Source of the DNA: Armatimonadota bacterium
Lineage (GTDB): Bacteria; Armatimonadota; SYMT01
Assembly: GCA_041690135.1 (NCBI GenBank)
Contig: JAWLHY010000006.1
Span: 166,327-230,326 of the forward strand
Direction of reading: 5' to 3'
Length of the DNA: 64,000 nt
Positions within the stretch are counted from its first letter, which is position 1. Every line of letters begins with the position of its first letter. A program made the position numbers and the translations under genes. The notes under the pieces were generated by a model, which was not told the DNA's origin, made no database searches, and was given only the letters and a program-made list of their open reading frames with translations. This document shows, in pieces, positions 18,214 to 27,035 of this stretch.

Positions 18214-19144
18214 TTCTCTCCCCTTCGTCCCGCACGGGCTCTTCAAGTCGGGCGACCCACAAGTCCAGGATCTGGCTCGCTTTCAGTTCGTGCAGACCCA
18301 GGTAATACCGAACCACCTCCAGCGCTTCATCCAGCCGGATGGCGCCGACCAGTTCACTTCCGGAAACGGCCACCCCAAAGCGCGCGGCTTCGAGTTTAAC
18401 GAGTTCAAAGACCCGATACAGCGGCACGTGTGCGGGGCGCGTAACATTGAGTGACACCTGCGCCTGGCCCAGGTGGTCAAGCCACATCCCCAATGCTTTT
18501 ACTCCGAGTAGGCCCCCGTCCCGTTCCCGGACACGACGGGCTATGGCGCGGGCAATCCCGACATCGGTGGTATGCAGGTTAACGTTATAGGCCAGGAGGG
18601 GTCCCCGTGCCCCCACGGCGACCGCACCCGCCGTGGGGTGCATTCTTTCGGGCCCGGCATCCGGCTGTCGTTCCCCGAGGAGCGGCATGGTATGGAGCAC
18701 GTCGAACCCGGCGCCCCGAACCCGGGCGAGGTTCTTCCGTTCCGGGTGCGTGGCTGCCTCCTCATAGAAGTAAACCGGCAAGTCGAGTTCGGCCGCGAGG
18801 AGTTGGCCCACATCCCGCGCTACCCGAATACACGATTCCATCGACGTATTACCCACCGGCACAAACGGCAGCACATCCAACGCTCCAATGCGCGGGTGCT
18901 CGCCGCGGTGTTTCGTAAGGTCAATCCGCCGGACGGCTTCCCGGGCTACCGCCAACGACGCCCGGGTCACTCCATCCGCATCGCCCAGGTAGGTGAGGAC
19001 CATCCGGTTGTGATCCGGATCGGTGTGCCTATCGACCAGTGCCACTCCCGGCGTTGCCTGGACGGTGGCTTCCAGGGCATCCATCACTTCCGCATCCCGT
19101 CCCTCGCTAAAGTTGGGTACACATTGGATCAACTCAGCCGGCAT
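18200..19144 (-). CDS. ftcD: Glutamate formimidoyltransferase
   Basis: CVPNFSEGRD, DPDHNR, HRGEHPRIGALDVLPFVP, HPTAGAVAVGAR; AGGAGGT RBS. Transferase domain only. Confidence 0.93.
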   Translation of the reverse strand: MPAELIQCVPNFSEGRDAEVMDALEATVQATPGVALVDRHTDPDHNRMVLTYLGDADGVTRASLAVAREAVRRIDLTKHRGEHPRIGALDVLPFVPVGNTSMESCIRVARDVGQLLAAELDLPVYFYEEAATHPERKNLARVRGAGFDVLHTMPLLGERQPDAGPERMHPTAGAVAVGARGPLLAYNVNLHTTDVGIARAIARRVRERDGGLLGVKALGMWLDHLGQAQVSLNVTRPAHVPLYRVFELVKLEAARFGVAVSGSELVGAIRLDEALEVVRYYLGLHELKASQILDLWVARLEEPVRDEGERNGQI

Positions 19145-19171
19145 CCACGCGTCACCTCCTGGGGAAGTGTA

Positions 19172-19281
19172 TCGTTCGGGCACTCTGGCGTTCAGGCGTT
19201 CAGGCATTCAGGCCCCCCTATGAGGGATGGGCGTTCGGGCGCTTGGGCACTCGGACGGTGTTCGGGTGGTCAGGTGTTCAG
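19172..19281. repeat. Degenerate 8-mer array (about 11 units, CCTGAAYR-like on the - strand) with a central CCCTCATAGGG hairpin
   Basis: tcgttcgg gcactctg gcgttcag gcgttcag gcattcag [gcccccctatgagggatgg] gcgttcgg gcgcttgg gcactcgg acg gtgttcgg gtggtcag gtgttcag. Confidence 0.85.
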
Positions 19282-19456
19282 GATGTTTTGGCGAATTGTT
19301 GACGCCTCGGATGACGGCGCCGTAGGGAAGGTAACGGACACCCGGCAGAGCCTGGTGAGTTCCATTCCGCTGCTCGCGAGGTTGATCTCGTGGGGCCAAA
19401 TGGTGCTCTTGGAGCATCATGGGGCGGACGCATCCGTTTCCGTACACCCATGCGAG

Positions 19457-19485
19457 AAGGGGAACGGTCGTCGACCGTTCCCCTT
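19457..19485 (-). terminator. Perfect hairpin downstream of the prepilin-type gene
   Basis: AAGGGGAACGGTCG-T-CGACCGTTCCCCTT. Confidence 0.65.
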
Positions 19486-19542
19486 TCAAACCTTCCGGCA
19501 GCAGTGTCCAACTCCGGCGGAGCCGAACGTACAGCTACCCGA

Positions 19543-20199
19543 TTAATAAAGGTTCCAGAGTTCGAAGCGGTTGAGCGTGGCGGGGTCGATGGTGGTGCCG
19601 TCTTCGGCAGCCACTTCCTTCTCGAGGAAGCCCTTCTTCATCGACTTCACGTGGCCGTCCAGGAAACCGACGTTCGCCATCTCGTTGTGCAGATACCACG
19701 CACCACCGTAGGTACCGGCCACCGTTAAGGGATCGGCCCGGTAGGAGCCCTGATCCACGATGGCCACCGTGTCGGCGGGCTTTGCGACCCCAGCCAGGGC
19801 CGTCGCGTGGAGGAACCGCCAGTTGTAACCGTAGGTCACCTGATCGTCCGCCGGGTTGTTCGTATCCAGCGTGTCCTGCTGGTCGGTACTACTGGCGCAC
19901 TTCCAGACCTGGCTGTTCTTCACGTAGGCGTTCACCGCCGTCGGCCAGGTAGCGAGTACCGTCGTACCCCCCGAATCGAGTGAGGCGAAGATGGGATTCA
20001 CTTCATCGTAATCGTTGGTATACATCTGAATCGCCGACAGGATCTGCTTCACGTTGGAGCGGCATGAGGTCTGCCGGGCCGCTTCCCGAGCCCGCGCGAA
20101 CACGGGGAACAGGATGGAAGCCAGGATGGCGATGATGGCAATCACGACGAGGAGCTCGATGAGCGTGAAGCCTCGCCGGGCGAGCGGTCTGCTGGACAT
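19543..20199 (-). CDS. Prepilin-type N-terminal cleavage/methylation protein with DUF1559 and H-X9-DG C-terminus
   Basis: [42 protein letters not shown]...[15 protein letters not shown]. Confidence 0.92.
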   Translation of the reverse strand: MSSRPLARRGFTLIELLVVIAIIAILASILFPVFARAREAARQTSCRSNVKQILSAIQMYTNDYDEVNPIFASLDSGGTTVLATWPTAVNAYVKNSQVWKCASSTDQQDTLDTNNPADDQVTYGYNWRFLHATALAGVAKPADTVAIVDQGSYRADPLTVAGTYGGAWYLHNEMANVGFLDGHVKSMKKGFLEKEVAAEDGTTIDPATLNRFELWNLY

Positions 20200-20362
20200 T
20201 GCGGGAGTTCCTTTCCGAGCCGGGTAAAAGCAGGGGCGTCGCTGCGGGAGCGACCTGTGGCAGCACATCCGGGCCTGCTCTTTCCCGGACCTGTTCATTA
20301 GACGACTGTCGCGCGCCCGGGTTCCCTCAAGTCGGTTCCCAGGCAGGCCGTTGTCCACATGC

Positions 20363-20989
20363 CTACCGGGCGCCGGTCAGGTCGAGGGTTAAAAGCATGC
20401 GTGCGAGCGTTTCTGCATGCGCATCCCAGTCGGCCAATTCACAGTCGAAGGTAACGAAGAGCTGCTGCCCTTTGCTGAGATACGTCCACTGCAGGCGATT
20501 CATTTCAATCGCTCCCCGTTTATACGTGCCGCCCACCATGGCAAAGCGTTCCTTCTTTCCCAGCACCGCCAGGCCGCTGTCCGTTACCTCAAACTTCCCG
20601 GAGAAGGCGCGCTCGGGGTACTCCTCCGCATAGGCTTCCACGTAATCTTCATCCACGGAGGTAGGTTCTCCCGCGGCTGGTTTGAACCGATCCACGCGCA
20701 ATACGGCGCGCGGCGGTTGGGCGCCCGCCAGCCGGACTTGAAGCACGCGGCTTCCCGCCGCTTTCCGGTCGATCTCCGCATTGGCCGGAACGCGAATCCG
20801 GAAAGTGAGGCCATCATCGCCCGTTTCCGTCCACGTGTCGGGCGCCGGAATCGCCGCGGTAAGGGTCCGGGCGAAGGCTCCCTGGGGACGAAAGACCTGA
20901 ATGAAGCGGGAAAATAGCTCCTCAACCTGCGCAAAACCGGCTGTTACGGTCAGAAGCAGCGTGCCGGCCACGAGAACGACATGGCGCAT
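20363..20989 (-). CDS. Hypothetical exported protein
   Basis: Signal peptide [21 protein letters not shown]; GGAG upstream. Confidence 0.7.
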   Translation of the reverse strand: MRHVVLVAGTLLLTVTAGFAQVEELFSRFIQVFRPQGAFARTLTAAIPAPDTWTETGDDGLTFRIRVPANAEIDRKAAGSRVLQVRLAGAQPPRAVLRVDRFKPAAGEPTSVDEDYVEAYAEEYPERAFSGKFEVTDSGLAVLGKKERFAMVGGTYKRGAIEMNRLQWTYLSKGQQLFVTFDCELADWDAHAETLARMLLTLDLTGAR

Positions 20990-21478
20990 CGAGAGTACTC
21001 CAGTAGGCAAATACAAAAAATGTTTCCGTAACTGCTTGCAATCTTGGGAAGAATAGCCGAAAATGCTGGGTAGGGAAAGACGTTCCATACGTGACCGCGT
21101 TTCGGCGCAGGTCTCCTCTTCCCCATCCAAGACGGTCGTGCCAGGTCGGATGTATCGAGGCACTTGGCCATTTCCTGGTCCGCCGACCGACCGTCTGCCC
21201 GTGAAGTGCCCACCGGGGCTTGCGGATATCCACCGAGTTTGCGGAGATATCCCACCGTCCGCCGTAGAAGTAACGGCAGCCTGGTCCCGGACCGCTCCTG
21301 AGAACTCCGGAGTGCTTACACCGGTCCGTGCCTGGTATCCGGTGGTGCGGTAAGTCTATCGCACCTCAGACTATTACGCCTTTGTTGATTTCCAACATCT
21401 TCCGCCTGCCGGCCGCAGCCGCTACTGCCGTTGTGTACCAGCCTTCCGGCACGGCTTCTTCCCGAAAGATCGTTCTGT

Positions 21479-22645
21479 ATGCCTAGACCCACGCCTGCCG
21501 CCGACCCGATCCAGGGTGTTCTCGAGCTCACCCAGCAGGGGCACGGTTTTCTGCGCCGGGACCCAAACTGGCTTCCCAGCCGCGAAGACCTGTTCGTCCC
21601 TAACGGGCTTATCCGCCAGTTTAACTTGCGCTCCGGTCAGCAACTCACGGCTGCGTGGCGTCCGCCTGGAAAGGGCCAGCGGAGCGCCTCGGTGAGCCAG
21701 GTGCTGGCCGTGGAAGGTGAGCCGCCGCAGCAGGCGAAGACGTGGCCCCAGTTCGACAAACTCGTCGCCGAGTCTCCCACCCGGCGTATCGTGCTGGAGT
21801 CCGGGCCGGAAGACTACACCGGGAGGGCGGTCGACCTCTTCGCCCCCATGGGGTTTGGTCAGCGCGGTCTCATTATCGCCCAGCCGTTCGCCGGCAAGAC
21901 CACGATGCTGCGCAATATCGCGAACTCCATCAAGGTGAAGTATCCGGAGACGGAGCGCTTCATCCTGCTGGTGGACGAACGTCCCGAGGAAGTCACCGAT
22001 TTCCGTCGTGCGGAAGTCGGCCACGTCATCGGCTCAAGTTTCGATACGGGCGCGGAAAACCACCTGAAGAACGCCGAACTCCTCCTGCAGCGCGCGCACC
22101 GACTGGTGGAAGCCGGTAAGGACGTAGTGATGCTGGTCGACAGTTTGACCCGCCTCGCTCGTGCCTCCAACCTCAGCGGCAAGCAGTCCGGCCGCACCCT
22201 TACCGGTGGTCTCGACCCGGCCGCACTCCAGTTCCCGCGCCGCCTGTTCGGCGCGGCCCGAGCCACGGAAGGCCGGGGGAGTTTCACCATAATCGCCACG
22301 GTGCTGGTTGATACCGGCAGCCGCCTGGACGATATGGTGTTCGAGGAGTTCAAGGGCACCGGCAACTGGGAAGTCCGGCTCGACCGGAAACTGGCCGAAG
22401 CCCGCCTGTTCCCGGCCATCGACATTCCGGCCAGCGGTACCCGGCGCGAGGAACTCCTTTACAGCGAAACGGAAATGACCGCGGTCCGCCGCCTCCGCCG
22501 GTTCCTCCACGGTCAAACGGGTGATCGCCAGGAGCAGCTCGACATGTTCCTGAAGTGGATGAAGAAGTTCCCCTCCAACCAGCAGATCATCGAACTTGCC
22601 GCCCAGCTTCAGCAAACGGCCGCCGCCGGCGGCGCCAAGAAGTAG
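21479..22645 (+). CDS. rho: Transcription termination factor Rho (short form)
   Basis: GVLEL...GHGFLR, PMGFGQRGLI, AGKTTML, LVDERPEEVTDF, DSLTRLARA, EEFKGTGN, FPAIDI..SGTRREELL. Confidence 0.95.
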   Translation: MPRPTPAADPIQGVLELTQQGHGFLRRDPNWLPSREDLFVPNGLIRQFNLRSGQQLTAAWRPPGKGQRSASVSQVLAVEGEPPQQAKTWPQFDKLVAESPTRRIVLESGPEDYTGRAVDLFAPMGFGQRGLIIAQPFAGKTTMLRNIANSIKVKYPETERFILLVDERPEEVTDFRRAEVGHVIGSSFDTGAENHLKNAELLLQRAHRLVEAGKDVVMLVDSLTRLARASNLSGKQSGRTLTGGLDPAALQFPRRLFGAARATEGRGSFTIIATVLVDTGSRLDDMVFEEFKGTGNWEVRLDRKLAEARLFPAIDIPASGTRREELLYSETEMTAVRRLRRFLHGQTGDRQEQLDMFLKWMKKFPSNQQIIELAAQLQQTAAAGGAKK

Positions 22646-22671
22646 CGGCGCGTCTCCGCACTGCAAAGTCT

Positions 22672-22718
22672 AATGAATATGGGGGCCGAAAGCTTGGCTT
22701 TCGGCCCCCATATTCATT
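22672..22718. terminator. Long perfect hairpin between convergent rho and oxygenase genes (bidirectional terminator candidate)
   Basis: 22-bp stem AATGAATATGGGGGCCGAAAGC-ttg-GCTTTCGGCCCCCATATTCATT. Confidence 0.75.
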
Positions 22719-22752
22719 GAGGTGTATTCAATAGGGTACCAACTCCACGAGC

Positions 22753-23715
22753 TCAGACCAGGCCGATCTCTCGAAGGCGCTGCAAGAGGTACTCGCCGGC
22801 AGTGATGTCGGGATAGCGCTTCTCACCCACCTGCTCCACGCAACAAGCCAGGGGAGCCAAACTCACGTCGGAGCGAGGGTGAACGAAGAACGGCATGGAA
22901 AAGCGGCGATCGCGGGAAGAGTCGGGATTGACCACCCGATGTGTGGTGCTCCGCATCACGCCGTTGGTCAGGTTCTGCAGCATGTCGCCCGCATCGACGA
23001 TGATCTGCCCGGGGATCGCCTCAATCGGCAGCCAGGAACCGTCGCGCTGCTGGAGTTCCAGACCTCGATCCGTTGACTCGCAAAGCAGCGTGATCAGGTT
23101 AATATCCTCGTGCGGCGCGGCCCGCAGGCTAGCGGGGTCGGCGGTTTCCGGGACCGGCGGATAATGGATGATCCGCAGGATCGAGTTACCTTCCCTGGCG
23201 GTGTCGCTCAGGCCTAGGCCCTCTTCCCCCAACGCAGCACCCACGGCATCCAACAGGCGTATCGCGCAATGGTCGAGATGCGAATACAGTTCGCGGAAGA
23301 CCGGCTCGAACTCCGGCACTTCGGCTGGCCACACGTTAGCGGGGTATTCTCGCGCGCGCGGATGCTCCGGAGACACTTCCCGACCGACGTGCCAGAACTC
23401 TTTCAGATCGGGAGCCGGGTGGTCTTTGGCATGCTCCTTCCCGAATCCAGTAAAACCTCGCTGGCCGTTGAGTCCCGTCAGTTCGTAGGCGCGTTTCACG
23501 GGCTCGGGTAGCTCGAAGAACCGCTCCGCCGCCGCATACGCCCGCTGAATGAGCTCCTGGTCCACGCCATGGTTCACCACGGCGAAGAAGCCGACGTCCG
23601 CGAGGGCTTCCCCCACTCCCCGCTCGAAAGCTGCCCTGGAGTCGGCTCCGGCCCACTGTTGTTCCATATCCAGCACTGGAATTGACTGCTTCACCGTCCG
23701 GTTTGAATTCTCCAA
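22753..23715 (-). CDS. 2-oxoglutarate/Fe(II) oxygenase, isopenicillin N synthase family
   Basis: GFFAVVNHGV, HEDINLITLL (HxD), STTHRVVNP, RFSMPFF (RxS). Confidence 0.92.
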   Translation of the reverse strand: MENSNRTVKQSIPVLDMEQQWAGADSRAAFERGVGEALADVGFFAVVNHGVDQELIQRAYAAAERFFELPEPVKRAYELTGLNGQRGFTGFGKEHAKDHPAPDLKEFWHVGREVSPEHPRAREYPANVWPAEVPEFEPVFRELYSHLDHCAIRLLDAVGAALGEEGLGLSDTAREGNSILRIIHYPPVPETADPASLRAAPHEDINLITLLCESTDRGLELQQRDGSWLPIEAIPGQIIVDAGDMLQNLTNGVMRSTTHRVVNPDSSRDRRFSMPFFVHPRSDVSLAPLACCVEQVGEKRYPDITAGEYLLQRLREIGLV

Positions 23716-24073
23716 CGATCAGCTCCTTCGGTCCGGATCTCCATCAAGTTCTGACCAGCCGCAAGACAGGGTGACTCAGTCTTCCTCATGGCGCGTTGTT
23801 CTGTCGCCCCTTCCATCACCCACTTCGTGGGTACCCGACGCATGCGCCAGGGCTGTTCTGTGCGGGCACCAAGTCCGGGGGCTTGCACCCCCCTGCCCGC
23901 ATGTGGGCGCCCGCCTCCCGCCGCCCCTCCGGGGCTACAGAATCGACTTTACCGAAAACCGAACCACCCAGTCCCCGGAGACGCGCACTGCCCCTTGGCG
24001 ATGCCAAATATGACCGTCTGCCGTTAACATACAGGAGGTGAGCGGAGCCTTTCACCGCCGCTCGAGGAATATT

Positions 24074-24478
24074 ATGTCCGGTCGCCTGTTCCGCATCCTG
24101 GCTGCTTTGTTTATCGGCCTGCCGCTGCTCGACACGCTGCTGCTCGTCTTCCTGGGACGCTACATCGGGTTCTGGACAACGATCGCGGTGGTTATCATCA
24201 GCGGCTTTCTTGGGGCGGGCCTCGCCAAGTCCCAGGGCCTGCAGGTCTGGTGGAACATCCAACGCGATCTTTCCGAAGGCCGGGTGCCCGCGCAGGGGAT
24301 TGTAGACGGCGTGATTATCCTGGTCGCCGGAGGCATGCTCATGGCGCCCGGTTTCATCACGGATATCCTGGGGCTGGCGTTGCTAGTGCCCGCCGTAAGA
24401 GCCCCCATCAAGGCGCAGCTCCGCCGGCGGGCCGAACGGGCATTCCTTTCGACCTCCCGTAGTCCGTTCCCTTACTGA
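24074..24478 (+). CDS. fxsA: FxsA family membrane protein
   Basis: LFIGLPLLD, IGFWTT, GGMLMAPGFITDILG; GAGG RBS. Confidence 0.88.
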   Translation: MSGRLFRILAALFIGLPLLDTLLLVFLGRYIGFWTTIAVVIISGFLGAGLAKSQGLQVWWNIQRDLSEGRVPAQGIVDGVIILVAGGMLMAPGFITDILGLALLVPAVRAPIKAQLRRRAERAFLSTSRSPFPY

Positions 24479-25896
24479 TCCTGCACGGAAGAGCTCTCTT
24501 CATCCGGCCTGGCGTCGCGTGCCTGGAGACGGGCCGCCACCTTGGGGTCGCCGATGTGCAAGGTATCGTAAGCCTGCTGGCTCGAGGTGAATGGCCCCTC
24601 GTGGGTCTCGGAGCCATGCCAGTTCAGGTTGGTGTGCATCGGGTTGGGGTTGCCGGTTTCCGCTTCGCGGCGTGCAATCCACGCTTCCATCCGCTGCTTC
24701 AGCGCGGCCACCACCTCCGGTTCCTGTTCCGCCAGGTTGTGGTCCTCGTTGGGATCGGTGATGAGATTGTAGAGCTCGACCTCCGGCTTGAAGTGGAAGT
24801 CCGGCTCCAGGGCCACGTGCAGTTTCCATTCCGGCGTACGCCAGCCGTGCTTCCGCATCCAGGTGCACTCGGTGATGTAAAAATCCGACCAGTTGCTCGC
24901 GCGCTCGCCCTGTACCAGCGGAAGCAGGCTCTTCCCATCGAACCGGGTCTCCGTGGGGATGTCGAGCAAATCGAGGACGGTAGGTACCAGGTCCTGATGC
25001 AGGGTGTAGCCGGGGACCCGTACCCCCTGCGGGAGCCGGGGGTGGCGCATGATCAACGGCACGTGCAGCGTGCAATCATACATGCCGTGATGATCGAAGT
25101 AGCACTCGTGATCCATCAGGGTTTCCCCGTGGTCTCCGTTGAGGATCACCAGGGTGTTTTCCGCCAGCCCTAACACTTCCAGGCGCTGGAAGATCCGCTG
25201 GATGCAAGCGTCCATGTAGGCGACGGCACCGTCGTACTGGGCGATGACATACTCCGCATCGGTGATGCCGGGCGGCATCCAGGCAGCGAAGTAATCGCGG
25301 AACGGCTTGAACTCCTTCACCGGATCCATCGAGCGGTTGGTGGGATCGCATGGATCTCCGTCGTAGAACAGGTGTTCGAACGGCTCCGGGGGCAGGTAGG
25401 GGCTGTGCGGATCCATGTGCCGGAGGAAGAGGAAGAAGGGCTTCTCGCCCTGGGCCAGTCGATCCAGCTCCGGGAGGGCCACTTCGTTCAGGTTCTCGGC
25501 CTTCCGGCTCGGACGCGCCTCCCAACTGCCCCACGCGGGATAGCTTAGATAATTATCAAAGCCACGCGAGCTGGGATTGCCGCTGAAGCCGACGCAGGTG
25601 GTTTCGTAGCCCTGCTCTCCCAGGATCTCCGCCAGGGTCTTCACTTTCGGAGTGAGCCCGCCCTGGTGCCGCAGCGCCACCACCTCATGCGAGAAGCAGT
25701 CCATACCGGTCAACATCGTCGCGTAGGCGCTGGTGGTGGGAATGTGCGGGCAGTAGTTCCGCTCAAACAAGACCCCCTGCGACGCCAACTTGTCGATATG
25801 CGGCGTGGTGAGGCGGTGATACCCGTAACAGCTCATGTGGTCCGCCCACAGGCTGTCCACACCCAACAAAATCAGATTGTCTTTCTTGCTCGCCAT
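24472..25896 (-). CDS. Sulfatase-like hydrolase (alkaline phosphatase superfamily)
   Basis: DSLWADH, TPHIDKLA, DPHSPY, GDHGE, HVPLI, ELYNLITDPNE; lacks the C/SxPxR motif. Confidence 0.88.
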   Translation of the reverse strand: MASKKDNLILLGVDSLWADHMSCYGYHRLTTPHIDKLASQGVLFERNYCPHIPTTSAYATMLTGMDCFSHEVVALRHQGGLTPKVKTLAEILGEQGYETTCVGFSGNPSSRGFDNYLSYPAWGSWEARPSRKAENLNEVALPELDRLAQGEKPFFLFLRHMDPHSPYLPPEPFEHLFYDGDPCDPTNRSMDPVKEFKPFRDYFAAWMPPGITDAEYVIAQYDGAVAYMDACIQRIFQRLEVLGLAENTLVILNGDHGETLMDHECYFDHHGMYDCTLHVPLIMRHPRLPQGVRVPGYTLHQDLVPTVLDLLDIPTETRFDGKSLLPLVQGERASNWSDFYITECTWMRKHGWRTPEWKLHVALEPDFHFKPEVELYNLITDPNEDHNLAEQEPEVVAALKQRMEAWIARREAETGNPNPMHTNLNWHGSETHEGPFTSSQQAYDTLHIGDPKVAARLQARDARPDEESSSVQDQ

Positions 25897-26343
25897 GGTG
25901 AATCGCACCTGAATCCCACCATACAGTATTTCGTACACGGCATCGCCGCCGCTACGGGAGTGGTCCGGACTCCCATCCCGCCCTGGGACACCCGGACAGT
26001 AGGGAATGCGACGCAGTTCCATTCCGCAGTCACCGGAGTGGAAGCCGTTGGGCCAAACCGAGATGGTCCGGAGCCCGCGGCGACGCGGGTTGGCCGAACG
26101 AGATCAGATCCGGGCCAGCGGAACGCTACGGCCCTAACTGCGTCGGGTGTACAAGACGTTCCCTAACGTTGCCGCCTTCGACGGCTTGCCGCTCGGAACC
26201 CGACCGTTGCCGCCGGACGTGTCCCGTCAGAGTGAGAGTCTGCTTGCCACTAACTAACTACACCCCAAACAGGTTAAACGTGGGCCGGGGACGTCCCTCT
26301 GCAGCACTCATACAATGACCAGAAGCAAATGAACCGAGAATCG

Positions 26344-26374
26344 AAAAGCCGCCTACTGTGCTGGTAGGCGGCTT
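26344..26374 (-). terminator. Rho-independent terminator after the BCAM0308-family gene
   Basis: AAGCCGCCTAC-tgtgctg-GTAGGCGGCTT with an A-run on the left (U-tail on the - strand). Confidence 0.7.
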
Positions 26375-26407
26375 CCCTCACGGGGCACCGACGAAATCTA
26401 GTCGGGA

Positions 26408-26989
26408 CTACTTGTGGTTACCGTTGCTCAACGGGCGGGTCCATTCCACGCGGACTAACTGGTTGCCATCGGGCCACTTGTACTCCAGATCGCCCTTGTG
26501 GGCGCTGTGGATCGCGCGGCCGATCTTCTGGGCCAGTTTTTCGTTGGTCGTTTCGACAACGAGGGCTTCCCCTTCGTCGCGGATGTCCATGATCCGCTCC
26601 AGCGGGTTCGTCCCCATGCCCCGCGCTTCCTCGTTGCGGATCAGGTTTAGAATGTCTTCCCGGTGCTCCGGCCAGTAATCACCCCGCAGCGTGACGATGC
26701 CTTGCGGGAGGTGCTGTTCGATCTGCCGGCAGGCCGGACAGATGATCAGGTTCGCCACTCCAGCGGACACCAGGGTGCGGCTGCGCCGTTCGTCCATCAC
26801 CCAATGCTGGTTCTCGTAAAGGGCGCCGCATTTTTCGCAGACGGGGTTGCCGCCAGGGCTCTGTCCCGGCCGGCTCCAGTCCGGCCAATCCTGCAAGTCA
26901 TCTCGCGGCTGGACGCCTTCCGGCGTCTGGTTCGCGGTCCGCAGATGTTGGACGTTCACCATCGGCGTCTTGCCAGTGTTCTTTGCCAT
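26408..26989 (-). CDS. BCAM0308 family (NMD3-like Zn-binding) protein
   Basis: CEKC, CPAC, GIVTLRGD, NPLERIM, TTNEKLAQKIGRA; GGGAGG RBS. Confidence 0.8.
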   Translation of the reverse strand: MAKNTGKTPMVNVQHLRTANQTPEGVQPRDDLQDWPDWSRPGQSPGGNPVCEKCGALYENQHWVMDERRSRTLVSAGVANLIICPACRQIEQHLPQGIVTLRGDYWPEHREDILNLIRNEEARGMGTNPLERIMDIRDEGEALVVETTNEKLAQKIGRAIHSAHKGDLEYKWPDGNQLVRVEWTRPLSNGNHK

Positions 26990-27035
26990 TTCGTCCCTCC
27001 CTTATCACGTGCATTGTGCCCGCAGGGAGGGTGCG

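Noticed and set aside
19172-19281. Repeat arrays as CRISPR or mini-CRISPR
   Set aside because: Units are 6-8 nt and contiguous with no unique spacers; there are no cas genes.
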